From the NCBI RefSeq assembly GCF_009914755.1, contig NC_060926.1: a DNA stretch of 64,000 bases; one strand, written 5' to 3'. Positions 1-12,050 of this stretch are shown here, in pieces (the stretch's first letter is position 1; every line of letters starts with the position of its first letter). Position numbers and translations under genes: made by a program. The DNA is from the human T2T-CHM13v2.0 reference genome, Homo sapiens. The notes under the pieces were generated by a model. The model did no database searches. It had not been told where the DNA came from and saw nothing but the letters and a program-made list of their open reading frames with translations.

Positions 1-29
1 ACCCAGAGCTCCCTACCCACCCCTCCTGC

Positions 30-225
30 TTTATTTCCATTCATTGCACATTTCAGTATAAAACATATTTTGCTTATTTTGCTTTATATCTGTCTCTTAC
101 AACTAGAATATAAATTTTATAAAGACAGTGAAGGGGGGATGGCAGTGGTGAATTTTTGTATTCCCAGTAACTAGAAAAATGCCTGACATAATTTGTTCCT
201 TGAAAAATCTTAGTTAAGTAAAATA
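30..225 (+). mobile_element. L2 LINE 3' end fragment
   Basis: Degenerate match to the L2 tail (caactagaatataaatttt...gtattcccagtaactagaaaaatgcctgacata); boundaries approximate. Confidence 0.6.
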
Positions 226-239
226 AACATGTGTCATTG

Positions 240-985
240 AATGGTCTTCCTTATTCTTTCTTCTTTAATCCTTTAAACATAATTTCTAATCTAGTCTAAT
301 AATTCTATTATATGAAATTCTTGAAGGTCTAATGCAGCTATTTGTGTTTTAAGATGAATCTATGTGTTGTGAAATTTGGGGTTTTGCTGTTGTTGTTTTA
401 ATCTGAAGAGCTTTATATCCAGTGGGGCAGAGGGGACTTCACTCACATAATATGCATTTATGTCTTATTTTTATATTTTTTTCTACAGGAATCTTTCAAG
501 GCCTGGGTTGAGGATCTCTTCAGAGAGGTCTAGCTATTGATCCCAGGGTGCTATCAGCCTGTGATCATTTGTTATGTTCATTTCCTAGTTTGCTGGGACA
601 CTAGTGGAATTTTAATTACACACCCAGACCATGGGAAGTTCTACGTCTATGCTTTGAAAGCCACAGGTCAGTTTTTGTTGTTGTTGTTCTTCTTCTTCTT
701 ATTTTACTTTTTCCCTGAGCTCTTGGGCAGATATAGACCAGTGTCTCTGTCTCTGTGGACTCCTTTACCAGGGGAAAGACTGTTTCTTTTCCACTTTCGA
801 CTGATGATAAAAACCTTGTTAAGGGTCAATTCTTGTTTCTTGTCTCTTGCATATTCAAAGCCTTGTCTCTTATCTGTCTGTGTCCCAGCTATGCAAAAAA
901 AAGATGTCTTTAGAAATTTTTCAACATTAAATTAATTCTATGGAGGAATTCGGATATCTAGTCAACCATATTGTCAGAAAAGCAG
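240..985 (-). mobile_element. Ancient L1 (L1ME/HAL1-like) 5' region fragment
   Basis: T-rich plus strand; ends with ctagtcaaccatattgtcagaa, resembling the reverse complement of an old L1M 5' terminus. Confidence 0.45.
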
Positions 986-1000
986 TCTGGAAATTCTATC

Positions 1001-1469
1001 TGTGTTAGTTTCCTCCAGCTGCCAGAATAAAGTACCACAATCTGGGTTGCTTAAAACATCAGAAACATGTTCTCTCATAGTTCTAGAAGCTAGACGGCAA
1101 AAATCAATGCATTGGTAGGGCCGTGCTTTCTCCAAAACCCGAAGAGGAAGTTTCTCCCTTGCCTCTTTCAGCCTCTGGAAGCCTCATGAGTTTCCTGGCT
1201 TGTGGCTGCTTAACTCTAAGCTCTGAGTTCATTTTCACCTTGCTTTCTCCTCCCTGTGTTTCTCTTCTTCACATGGCATTCTTTTTATGAGGATACCAGT
1301 CATATTGGTTTAGGGGCCCATCTTACTCCAGTATGACTTTTTCTTAGCTAATCACGCTTTCAATGATCCTATTTCCAAATAATGTCACATGCTGAAATAC
1401 TCAGGGTTAGGACTTCAACATTTTGGGGAGGGGGGTTGTTGAGGGGAGAACACAATTCAACCTGTAACA
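1001..1469 (-). mobile_element. MLT1C-like MaLR solo LTR
   Basis: tgtgttagtttcc...cacaattcaacctgtaaca with TG..CA ends; flanks ctatc/caatc (5-bp TSD, 1 mismatch). Confidence 0.88.
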
Positions 1470-1474
1470 CAATC

Positions 1475-1713
1475 AAAAGAAAGCAGCTGCTATTTAGCTC
1501 TCACCTATTGCTTTCATGTTAAGATATAGGTCCAATGTTGTCAGATTTCTGTTTATCAAGAGAATCTAGAGATTTGACTTCACATTTAAAATATTCTGAT
1601 TAGTAAATATTGGCTGCCTACCAAAAATTTTAAAACATTGTCATTAATATTTTGCTGGCAAAACACAACTACTGGCTAGGTGGGTTTGTAACAGACTACT
1701 GATTTTCAATCTT
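1475..1713. mobile_element. MER102-like hAT-Charlie DNA transposon fragment
   Basis: gcagctgctatttagctc...aatgttgtcagatttctg..tcaagagaatctagagatttg resembles the MER102 consensus. Confidence 0.6.
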
Positions 1714-2369
1714 TACGATAATACGAGGCACACTAGATTACTTATCCAGTGGTTCCTTTGAGTCAAACTAGAGTATTTTTAATACATTAAAGGACCATGG
1801 AGTGACTGAAAAGATATTCAGAATAGACAACACATCCGTCACAAGGTCCAAAACTAAAATGTATGTACCTTTATTCATAAAATAGTTCCTTCGGCCACGA
1901 CGTAGAATTTATTCATCATTATTTTACACATATTTCTAAGAAATTGGCCAGGTTTTCCTGCTCAGAGTAGATTTAAATTAGGTTCAGTATGTGAGAAATT
2001 TGAGGGTTGTTGCTAGAGGAAAGTGCATGGATAAAAATGAGAAGTGACAGCCCTGACAGAAAGAGACAGAAAAAGAGATTTTCGAAAGCAGATTTAAGAA
2101 TTCCGAAAGTCATAGCAATCTGGCATCATTTGGTGCACTTTGGAAACCCGGAGGCATTGCTATTATAACTTGCTGCAACAATTCATGTTCTAAACATCCA
2201 CCTTAAACATTAGGAAAAAGTTTAAGTTATAATTTATTGAAGTGGGCAGAACAACAACAAAAAAAATTGAATGTATTGAGAAAGTCTCTCAACATTCACA
2301 AGAGATATTCAGCCAGTATGCACCAGGACAGCTGAACTGCCAGCTAAAAATACTGAAATACTTCCACAT

Positions 2370-2495
2370 GGGTTGGTAGCTGCCGCCCTGCACACCAGAT
2401 TGCCTCCACCACAGGGGGTTCCCGACTGCTCCCCCCGCCCAGTTCAGCAACTATAAGAACCATGGCTGGCCGAATCAGAGGCCGAAGGGCTTACT
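2370..2495. promoter_or_regulatory. Small GC/CpG-retaining patch with GC box and TATA-like element (candidate promoter/enhancer)
   Basis: CCCCGCCC at 2433-2440, TATAAGAA at 2452-2459, RUNX-type ACCACA at 2408-2413, five CpGs in an otherwise CpG-poor window. Confidence 0.35.
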
Positions 2496-3619
2496 GTTCT
2501 AAGACTTTTGGAACTATCTGTTTTATCCCCTACTTTTTCCAACTACATTGTGTATTACTCCTACTGGTGTAAATATTTACCAAAGAAAATTTTTTCACTT
2601 TAATATCTCTATATATGACTTAGGAAATATATATATATGTGACTTAAGAAAGAACAGGAATGTTAGAGAATAAGTCAGTCTTTGAACAAGTGGCATGTTC
2701 TCTGAGCAGAGGGCATGGTGACTGAGAAAATGACTAGTTACCTCACTTAACACCACTTAGTATTCACAGTAAGAAATTACCTGTCCTTGATTTTATTTGA
2801 AGGCAAACTTTCTATTACAAATTGACTACCCTGGTGTTTTACCTACAAAAAGAATTGGTCAAAAGACTGAAGAACTCCTTAGTTACCTTGGAATTTATAT
2901 TTTAGTCATAATTAGTTAATTAACTTTTGGGTTTTATGTATCTTCTCCTATGAGATTAGTAGTGGGACAAATGCTGAGAGATTTTCCGTGACTGAAATTA
3001 CAAGGATTTCACAAATCAGTTTTCCAAAGTTGAGGTAAATTCACCAAGTTAATGAGATCCCATGGGGACCTGGAAATTCAGTTACCATGTCATCCCAGGG
3101 AACATCCCTCTGTGCTATTGTACAGGTTTAATTATCTGTCCTATTGGAAATTTTATATGATGATTTTCTGTAATTATAAAGAACTTCATAACACAGCCTA
3201 CCTTTAAGTATTATCTAAACTAAATTCAGTGATTACAAATTTGTTGTTAAGCAGCCATGAACAAATACTGATTTATTTGCATTGCATCAATAGATTGTTT
3301 TGAAATGTCAAATTTTCTAGAAATTCAAACAAGAAACCCTAAAATATACAAAAAGCATCTTCACATGCTATTGATAATCCAGACAAGAGAAATGAATATT
3401 ACATATATTTAAGTGAACACATTTTAATACAACATAGAATGCATATATTTAAATACCTTAAATATTCTTTATATATTTATTCAATCTATAAATTAGGAAA
3501 GTGTTTAATTCATAGTTCTTTGTCTAATAGATAAGCATATAATGTTTCAATGTGGAGAAGTGAGCATTGGATTGAAATCGGAATACCTGAGTTATATTTT
3601 TCACTTTCTCCCTAACACA

Positions 3620-3735
3620 ACTGAACATTGGACAAGACGCTAAATTCCTCTGGATCTCTGTTCTTTCATCTGAAAAAAGAATTCTCCATTTGTAGACTAT
3701 GGTCCATTCCATCTCCAACATTTTATGAATCCTGT
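3620..3735 (+). mobile_element. MIR SINE fragment
   Basis: ttggacaagacgctaaattcctctggatctctgttctttcatctgaaaaa is a degenerate MIR core. Confidence 0.6.
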
Positions 3736-3744
3736 GAGTCCACC

Positions 3745-3890
3745 TAATTCATTTTTCTGATTTAACAGATGAAAAAACTAAAACATAGAGAGATGAAATG
3801 ATTTGCTTAGGGTCATATAATTAGCCAATGTCCAAACTGAAAATAAGAGCAGGTTTCTTATTCCTAGTCCAGCCTACTGTTCTACTACAG
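3745..3890 (-). mobile_element. MIR SINE fragment
   Basis: aacagatgaaaaaactaaaacatagagagatgaaatgatttgcttagggtcata is a reverse MIR core. Confidence 0.7.
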
Positions 3891-4934
3891 CTGATAGTTG
3901 TCAGAGGAGTTTGTGGACGGTGGTAATCCTTGCAAGAATAATTTTCAACTATTGACAAAGAAAAAAAAATTCTAGTGATTTGGGGGAAAAATGTAATTTT
4001 CTTATTTGAATGTGTCACCATTTTAAAGAGTATATTTCTACAGAGAGTTAAGTCAAAGAACTAATTATGCATTGTCTCACATTATGTAAGAGCATTATAC
4101 AACTCAATTAGAACTGACAATAAAACAACTTCCAGGCAAGATCTTCTGAATTGCCCTTATTTCTCTTTTAAAATCACTGAAGCAAAATCACGTTCCAATT
4201 CAAATATTCTGAAAGTCTATCCAGCCTATACACATTCCCCTGCAGCATTTTTACTCTCTTCCTAGGTTTTAGCAAAGAAACATTTCTGTTTACTTCTGTA
4301 ACTCCTGTGAGGGCATGGAAATTCTAAGTGCCATTATTTTCTGGGTAAGAGAATAAGAAAATGCATTTCAATTTTTTTAAAACCCAGAACCAGGCTTCAA
4401 TTTTTAATTAGAAAGTCATAACTTATTTTAAAAGAATGAACGAAAGTATTTTTGTTTATAAAAATATTCTATTCCAAACAAAAAATACAAGAAAAGAACT
4501 TAGCCCTGAACCCCATCTCATGTATTTCAGTAATCATTTAAATAAAGGTTTCCACCAGATTGCTTTGCCTTTATTTCTGAATCACTCAGTAATCTTTATC
4601 CCCATCACTGTGAGGCTTTCTTGGGTCTCAGAGCACAATGAAGGGAAAGAAGGAGATTTAGCACTGATTAATCCTGATTAAACCTAAAGGACAAACATTG
4701 TAAACTTGTTCCTTGATTTAATACAACAGTGGCATAAATGTTACTAAATAGTATGGGTACGTTTTACTATCTGAAAATGAAGTATGTTTTCCTTATTTCA
4801 AAAACAGTCTTCACCAAAATTTGGCTGAAAAACGTGACTTGGTGCAGAAAACTTATCTTAAATGGACTATAATCGCACTTTCACTTTAGTAAATAGCTAG
4901 TTCTCTAAGTGGTTGGAGAAAAAATAATGTCCCT

Positions 4935-5125
4935 GTTGTTTAATACTTTACTATATGCCACACACTATATGAGGCTCTTCTGATATATTATTTATTTTTT
5001 ACAACTAGCCTAGGAAATAAGTATTTTTTATTACTTCTACTTTGTGGATGAGTTAACTAAGGATCAAGTAATTAGCTTGCCTGGGTTTTTAGAGGAAGTG
5101 TATAGCAGATATGAGATTTGGATTT
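4935..5125 (-). mobile_element. MIR SINE fragment
   Basis: tttactatatgccacacact...tttgtggatgagttaactaagg...agcttgcctggg is a reverse MIR. Confidence 0.6.
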
Positions 5126-5500
5126 ACTTTATCTACCTATATATTATTTATTTAACACTCAGTAATAACAATTCAAATAGACTGCCTGGTTAATATTGGC
5201 AAAGATTACCTTAAAAGATGATAATTCTATTAGCAGTAGTAACTAGTACTTAATAGATCATATAGGCTGAACATACTAAAATCTTATGAGTTTGATATTA
5301 CTAGTATCTTGTTTTACATCGTGAAAACTGACATCAGTAAGTAGTAATTAACAGAACTGGGACTTGAAGGCAAGTAATGCTTTAGAAATATTCCCAAATA
5401 TCTACTCTAGAAATATTCCCAAATATCTATACTATAGTGCTATCATGTTATAGAAAATAACTTCAAATTAAAGGAGTATAGTTCAAACAATTACAAAATA

Positions 5501-5828
5501 TTTCTTTTTTTATTTTTATTTTTTATTTTATTATTATTATACTTCAAGTTTTAGGGTACATGTGCACAATGTGCAGGTTTGTTACATATGTATACATGTG
5601 CCATGCTGGTGTGCTGCACCCATTAACTCATCATTTAGCATTAGGTATATCTCCTAAAGCTATCCTTCCCCCCTCCCCCCACCCCACAACAGTCCCCAGA
5701 GTGTTATGTTCCCCTTCCTGTGTCCATGTGTTCTCATTGTTCAATTCCCACCTATGAGTGAGAATATGCGGTGTTTGGTTTTCTGTTCTTGCGATAGTTT
5801 ACTGAGAATGATGATTTCCAGTTTCTTT
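5501..5828 (-). mobile_element. 5'-truncated young primate L1 (L1PA2/L1PA3-like) 3' end
   Basis: Poly-T, then ttattatacttcaagttttagggtacatgtgcacaatgtgcagg...gcgatagtttactgagaatgatgatttcc; apparent short TSD tttcttt at 5501-5507 and 5822-5828. Confidence 0.95.
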
Positions 5829-7569
5829 GATGATTTAAGGCACACTTCCAACTGTACTTCAACGCCATTACTTATAACATTGCTGTGACAAAACCACCCT
5901 GGAATCCCAGAAGTGAAGGCCAATGAGTCAGTCAATATTGGCTTCATTACATGCAATTTTTCAGATTATTAGTTTCCTTTCCAATAAATTCCTGTGGTGA
6001 GCCTATTTATTATTTATTTCTCTTAGAAAATATAAAATATATATTACTATTTAAGCTATGCAGTTGCTTCGTTTCAGATGAATCAATTTGTATTTGAATT
6101 CCTTATCAAAGCTATGGCATCTTCATGTTTTCTATAATTTTTTTTTTCTTTTTCATGCAGACTTGTAACTAGGAAGATCAGAAACCATGGCAATGCTGTC
6201 TTACTCAAAGAAAGAAAGTTGAACGTAATAATCCTTTGGTTTCTGACATAAACCAGTCCTATAGTGAGGTGTAATCTGGGCCTTTCCCAGTACACTGTGT
6301 ATCGTTATCGTTACGATGGTGTTTTTTGCTGAATAGCTACCTCAGAAGCATTTCACAAAATTGAGAAAGTTTTAGATGTTGTTTACAGAGACCCTCCAAA
6401 TCTCAAATCACTGAGATAAATTAGAACTGAGGTGATTTATGTGATGGAAAAAGTACTAAGCCATCAGAGACAGTTATTGTTTGTAAAATCTCACCTAGAG
6501 TAAATACAATATAGGGTTGTAAAAAACAATTTTACAAGAATGTTACCAACTTCACAAAAGAGTAAAAACACCATTCTTTTTGTAGGCTGTCACAGTGTCC
6601 TCCCTTATGAAGATCATTTTTTTAAATTAAAGGATAGTTGCTGTGTTGGAACAAGAAAAAATATATATGCTGAAAGAAATTAGAGGCAAATTGGACCCAC
6701 CAACATATTTTCCTCTTCTGATTCTGAATCAAGAGCTGTGTGGAGAGGGTGGTCATCAACGTTTCAAAGGCGATGAAGTTTGTCTTTATCTGCGCTTTTA
6801 CTTTCCCATTCTTTGCCTTCGTTTTTATACTTTACTATAGCCGTGACCGAATAGTAAGATTCCAGATTTGAAGTGAAGAGGATAGTTTTTGACAAATGAT
6901 TGTAAATGTTATTAGCTGTGTTGACTTGAGTGGTGATCCAGTGAAATTATATTTGAATATGCACCCAAGTTGAAGAGATGTGAGAGGAATGTCCCCAGCA
7001 CTCCAGCCTCGCGCAGGCCTGGCTCTGTCCCCTCCTCCCCTTCCTCTAACACTCACTGCCTGTCCTGTGGTGCTTACCTGATCCCACATGCCCCTGGAAG
7101 CACTCCCAATTTTTCAACTTGGTCTCTATCCTGATAAAACCTCTGTGAGACTATGAGAACCATCTTAAACTCTAACCCATCTTAAACTCTAATCTGTACA
7201 AAATTTGATGATCTGTTACACTCTTACTTCATTTCATCTGCAGACAAATAGCCCCAGGCATTCTAGGTTTTCTATCTATTTTTCTATTATATCTACTTTT
7301 CTAAAAAGCATGTTTTGGATGATAACTTTTATGATCATCCTTCCTCATCTATAGACAGTGTTTCTAGTAATTACCAAATTATCTTCAGTTCAATGTCGCC
7401 TGGAAAGTTGTGTTTTAAAATTACAAATTTACAGATGCTCCCCAGTCCTCCCAAATGAACTGCAGCATGAGGCTACCTCACAGTATTTGTAATAGGCTCT
7501 CCAGTAACTGCTGTAAAGGTTTCATGAGAGTTCATACGTTAGAGGATTAAACTGCCTTGAAGTCTGACA

Positions 7570-7765
7570 GCCTGGCTTGCCACTGATCTGTGGGAACTTA
7601 GGCATGAAAATTAACCTCTCTGAGCTTCAATTATTATTGTTAGTCAGTATTCTAAAAGGAGAATTAATAATAATGCTTACCTCATAGTTTCAAGAGAATT
7701 AAAGAAAACAAAACAACCAAAATAAGTAAGGTGCTCGCAAAGTGCTTTTTACATAATACGTAATA
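7570..7765 (+). mobile_element. MIR SINE
   Basis: aattaacctctctgagcttca...ataataatgcttacctcatagtt matches the MIR core and tail. Confidence 0.7.
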
Positions 7766-7769
7766 AGAT

Positions 7770-7870
7770 GAATAATTAATATTGAGAACTTGTGTGCTTT
7801 GTACTGTCCTAAGCACTTTGCATATACAATATTAATATTTAATCTTCACGAAATTCCTATGAAGTTGAGG
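7770..7870 (-). mobile_element. MIR SINE 3' fragment
   Basis: tactgtcctaagcactttgcatat...atttaatcttcacgaaattcctatgaagt is a reverse MIR tail. Confidence 0.65.
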
Positions 7871-8152
7871 AAAGAAAGATCTCTGGTCTCCAGTGACTGT
7901 GGGGCTGCCCTTCTCATGTTCTTCCAGTGGCTTGGCAGGGAGTTGGATTAGTTGGGCTGAACTACTTTACAGAAGTCGAATAAGGTCTCAGACTGATGCA
8001 GTAACATTAGTGTTCCAAACCTCTAGCTGAGTTCGGAGGCTTCTCAAGGGCCTTAGGCCAGAAAGTCCCTTTGTACATAAAACGTTAGGTGTGCTTTACC
8101 ATCTTTCAGTCCAACCTGTAATTATGTAACTAGTGCAGGGGTAGGATTCCCT

Positions 8153-8164
8153 CCACTAGAGGGC
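8153..8164 (+). promoter_or_regulatory. Consensus CTCF core motif
   Basis: CCACTAGAGGGC matches CCASYAGRKGGC at 12/12, in non-repeat CpG-retaining sequence; binding not shown. Confidence 0.55.
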
Positions 8165-9089
8165 TCTTCCACAGCTCTGTGGTCCCGGTTGACCTCCAAG
8201 GAGCAACAGCAGGGGTTAGAGGGATTCTTGAGCGCCATCCTACACCTCTGTTGGAAAGTGCTTTCACTAAATCTCATCAAAATTTTGCCATGCACCGACA
8301 GTGGGATGACCCACGGGGCACCTGCACAATAGAAGCAGGGGAGAAATTGAGGCACGGAGAAGAGAAACTCCCCCACATGATACAGCAAGTAAATGACGCA
8401 GCGTGCAGATTAATCTCGACGGTATAGCTCCTCTTAACACTGTTAATGATGACACTTATTGGCATTATTCAGGTAAAATGGGAGGCTTCAGATAAACGTT
8501 TTTGGACTGATAGGGCCTTAGAGCTCTCTTCAAGTCATGCTACAATATTCACTCACACACGCACAAAAAACAACAAAAAATGCACTTTCATTAGAATTTT
8601 TACATAAACTAGTACAAATTTGGGGTGTGCTAATTTTGTAAATCTAATACTAATTATTCTACATTTTAACATTTAAAGATCATACATTTGTCTTTTTTTA
8701 AGATTGGTTGCTTCAATGAGAGTAAAAATACTTTCCCCATCTATAAAATTTCGAGGTTAATTTAAACTAGTGTTTTCCAAAGAACTGAAGAATGTCTCTT
8801 AATTGACAGAGTGGAGGCAGGGATGGAAGGAGAAGAAAGTGAGGGAGGGCAAAGTGATTGGCATTATTTACATTCCTAGGTCTGACACTGACAGATTAGT
8901 CCACTAATGCAGGCCAGTGGACTATCTTCACCTCTCTCCAGATCAGCAGGTGTAGGGATTTCAGAAAATGGGCCTTTTAGGCTGTATCTGAAGAAAGCAT
9001 GGCCAGGACAGGGTGGAGACAGCAGAACATCCATGGGAAAGCAGAATCCTACCTTTAGCCTCCATTTCTGATTCAATCACCCAAGACAG

Positions 9090-9645
<556 letters not shown>

Positions 9646-10653
9646 TGATAGACATGGTGCATAGAGAGACTGGAGAGAGGGTCTGCAAACTTCATTCATT
9701 CATTAAATTAAACTAAAAAATATTCTTCTCAGAAGAACCTACCTATATTTACCAGCTAAGTCAATGAAGGCATTTGTAAGCATTATGAAAATACAATGTG
9801 AATAATGTTGCTTCCATAAATTTTTCTATAAAGTGTATGGTAGTGTGGGAGAGAACAAATTTTGTTTTGCCTTCACATTGCACATTAGCAAATCCAGTAG
9901 AAAAACAATTCTGAAGATGACTTCGGAAGTCTTCTCGAAACTCTGTTGGTTAAACAAAATAACTTGCATTACAGCACTAGGAATAAATATTAATATCCAA
10001 CTTTTTCAAGAAAACTTCTGAGATCTCTTTGGCCTTTTCTGACTGCACACACAGATGCATTAGGATTCTCAGTGGAAGCATATAACACAACTAAAAAATG
10101 GAATTAACTTAATGATATTGAATCTCTTTTCTATCTTAAGCAAAGTGACATTGAGATGATTATCCCTTTATTAAGAATGAATTATAAGCATTTTTTATTC
10201 TCACTGAATAATTTATTTTTGCACATGTATTTTTGAAACTATTTGATTTGGTATCACTTATACTCATTACTTTTAAAAATAAAGTAACATTTTAAATTTA
10301 TTTTTATAGCTACCTTCAACTAAAGCAAAAAAATATTTCCTTTCCATCTTAGAGAGTGATATAATTTTTCCCTTGTAAGTAAGATAAAGACATTAGGAAC
10401 ATAAGAGTGGAGATGGTACATGGAAGTGGAAAAGCACATTAACATATTTTGAGCATGTTTAGGAAAGGCAGGACTTCACAATCTTAAAGGTCCTTCCTTC
10501 CCATTTTAAGAGACTGTGGATTTTAGAACTTGGACATAGTGTGTAGGCTGGGGAACAAGAGAATATATTCCTCACACCTGGACCCCTGAAGATAAAACAT
10601 AAGATCTTTTCCCAGCTATTTTCCCTTGCAATGAGAATAAAGATGAATTAGGA

Positions 10654-11204
10654 TAGAGGTTCTCAAAGTGTGATTTTATCTATTTATTTTTATTTCTTTT
10701 TTTTTTTTTAGACATAGGGTCTTGCTGTGTTGCCCAGGCTGGAGTTCAGTAGCTTGATCATGGCTCACTGCAACTTTGAAATCCTGGGCTCAAGCAATCC
10801 TCCTGCCTCAGCCTCCTGAGTAGCTAGGACTACAGGCATGTGCCACCACATCCAGTTCATTAAAAACAAACAAACAAACAAAACAAAACAAAACCCACAA
10901 TATTTTGTAGAGATGGGGCTCACTATGTTGCCCAGGCTGATCTTGAAATCCTGGCCTCAAGCCAGGATTCTCTCATCTCAACCTCAAAAAATGTTGAGAT
11001 TATAGGCATGCGCCATTGCATCTGGCCAAAGTGTCATTTTAGAACCAAAAACATCAGTACCATCTGGGAACTTACTAGAAATACAACTTATCAGGCCCTG
11101 CCTGTACCTGCTAAATTAGAAACTCTAACAGTGGAGCCCCAAAATCTGTGCTCTTATAAGTCCTCCAGGTGATTCTCATGCCTGCTGAGGCTTGATAACT
11201 ACTG
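10654..11204. mobile_element. MER5A hAT-Charlie element interrupted by an Alu
   Basis: TIR-like ends tagaggttctcaaagtgtg...cttgataactactg; internal ctccaggtgattctcatg; 8-bp TSD aattagga/aattaggg. Confidence 0.85.
10678..11027 (-). mobile_element. AluJ, full length, nested in MER5A
   Basis: J-type diagnostics (cctgggctcaagcaatcctcct, ctatgttgcccaggctg); 13-bp TSD aaagtgtgatttt/aaagtgtcatttt. Confidence 0.95.
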
Positions 11205-11554
11205 AATTAGGGAAGCATGTATGTAACATCACTGACCATGTATGCAACTAGAAAAGTAGTCTTATAGTGTTAAGTCTAGTGAAAGCCATCTTGAAAATGA
11301 TCTTAGCCTAATGAATGTCAGTAAATGTTTTGAGAAAGGGAAAGAGAAATTTTTGCTTAGAAATGAGTTCCTGTAACAGGAGAAGAAATCTCATCAGGAA
11401 AGACTTAAACGTACCAATCACATTCAAATACTCTAATATCATTTTTGTTGGAGGGAGACAGTGGCATGCGAAACCAACATAAGGACATGTAAATTTACAC
11501 CTTTCGGTGCAATGAAAAGCTGGAGTCTCTAAATGTCATAAATCAATCAGTTAT

Positions 11555-12050
11555 ACCTGTAGTTGTTAGCTGGGCATTTGGTCCTCTTCTCTTGAAGTCT
11601 CCTTACATACCCTTTCTGATGAGGAAGGTGCCTGGCTCATAGCCACTGCTAATGGGACCAAGGATGAACACCTAAGCCAATTAGAGTCTTTCAGCAGAGA
11701 GTTTGGAATTGGCGCTCTGGCACTCAGGGTGTATTTGAGAGGAATTAAGAGGCCATGGAAGTTGAGGCTGAGGTGGCTATGTGTACTCCAAAGCAGAAAA
11801 TGAAAGGCTTTTAGAGGAAGAGAAGCATACCTGAAGTAAATACACAGAGTATCTGACTGTGGAGTGGCATGGGATATGCAGGAGGGATAGGAAGAGGGAA
11901 TGAATGACAGAGATTGCCAAGCCCCTAATTGTTTCTAATTCCAGCTGCATTTTCTCTTCTTAGGTTTCCTGTGATAACTCAACATCCATCCAACAAATTG
12001 CCATAGTTTTTTTTTTTTTATTATTGTTTGGATAGGTAAGTCTAAAGAAG
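11555..12050 (+). mobile_element. Old MaLR LTR (MLT1K/L-like)
   Basis: agccactgctaatgggaccaaggatgaacacctaagccaattagagtc...ggaattgg, a degenerate MLT1K-type core. Confidence 0.45.

Noticed and set aside
2405-2420. CCACCACAGGGGGT as a CTCF site
   Set aside because: Needs a gap or three mismatches to fit the core
8122-8465. Four overlapping ORFs as a possible exon or processed pseudogene
   Set aside because: No recognisable protein, polyA tail or TSD; higher GC explains the open frames
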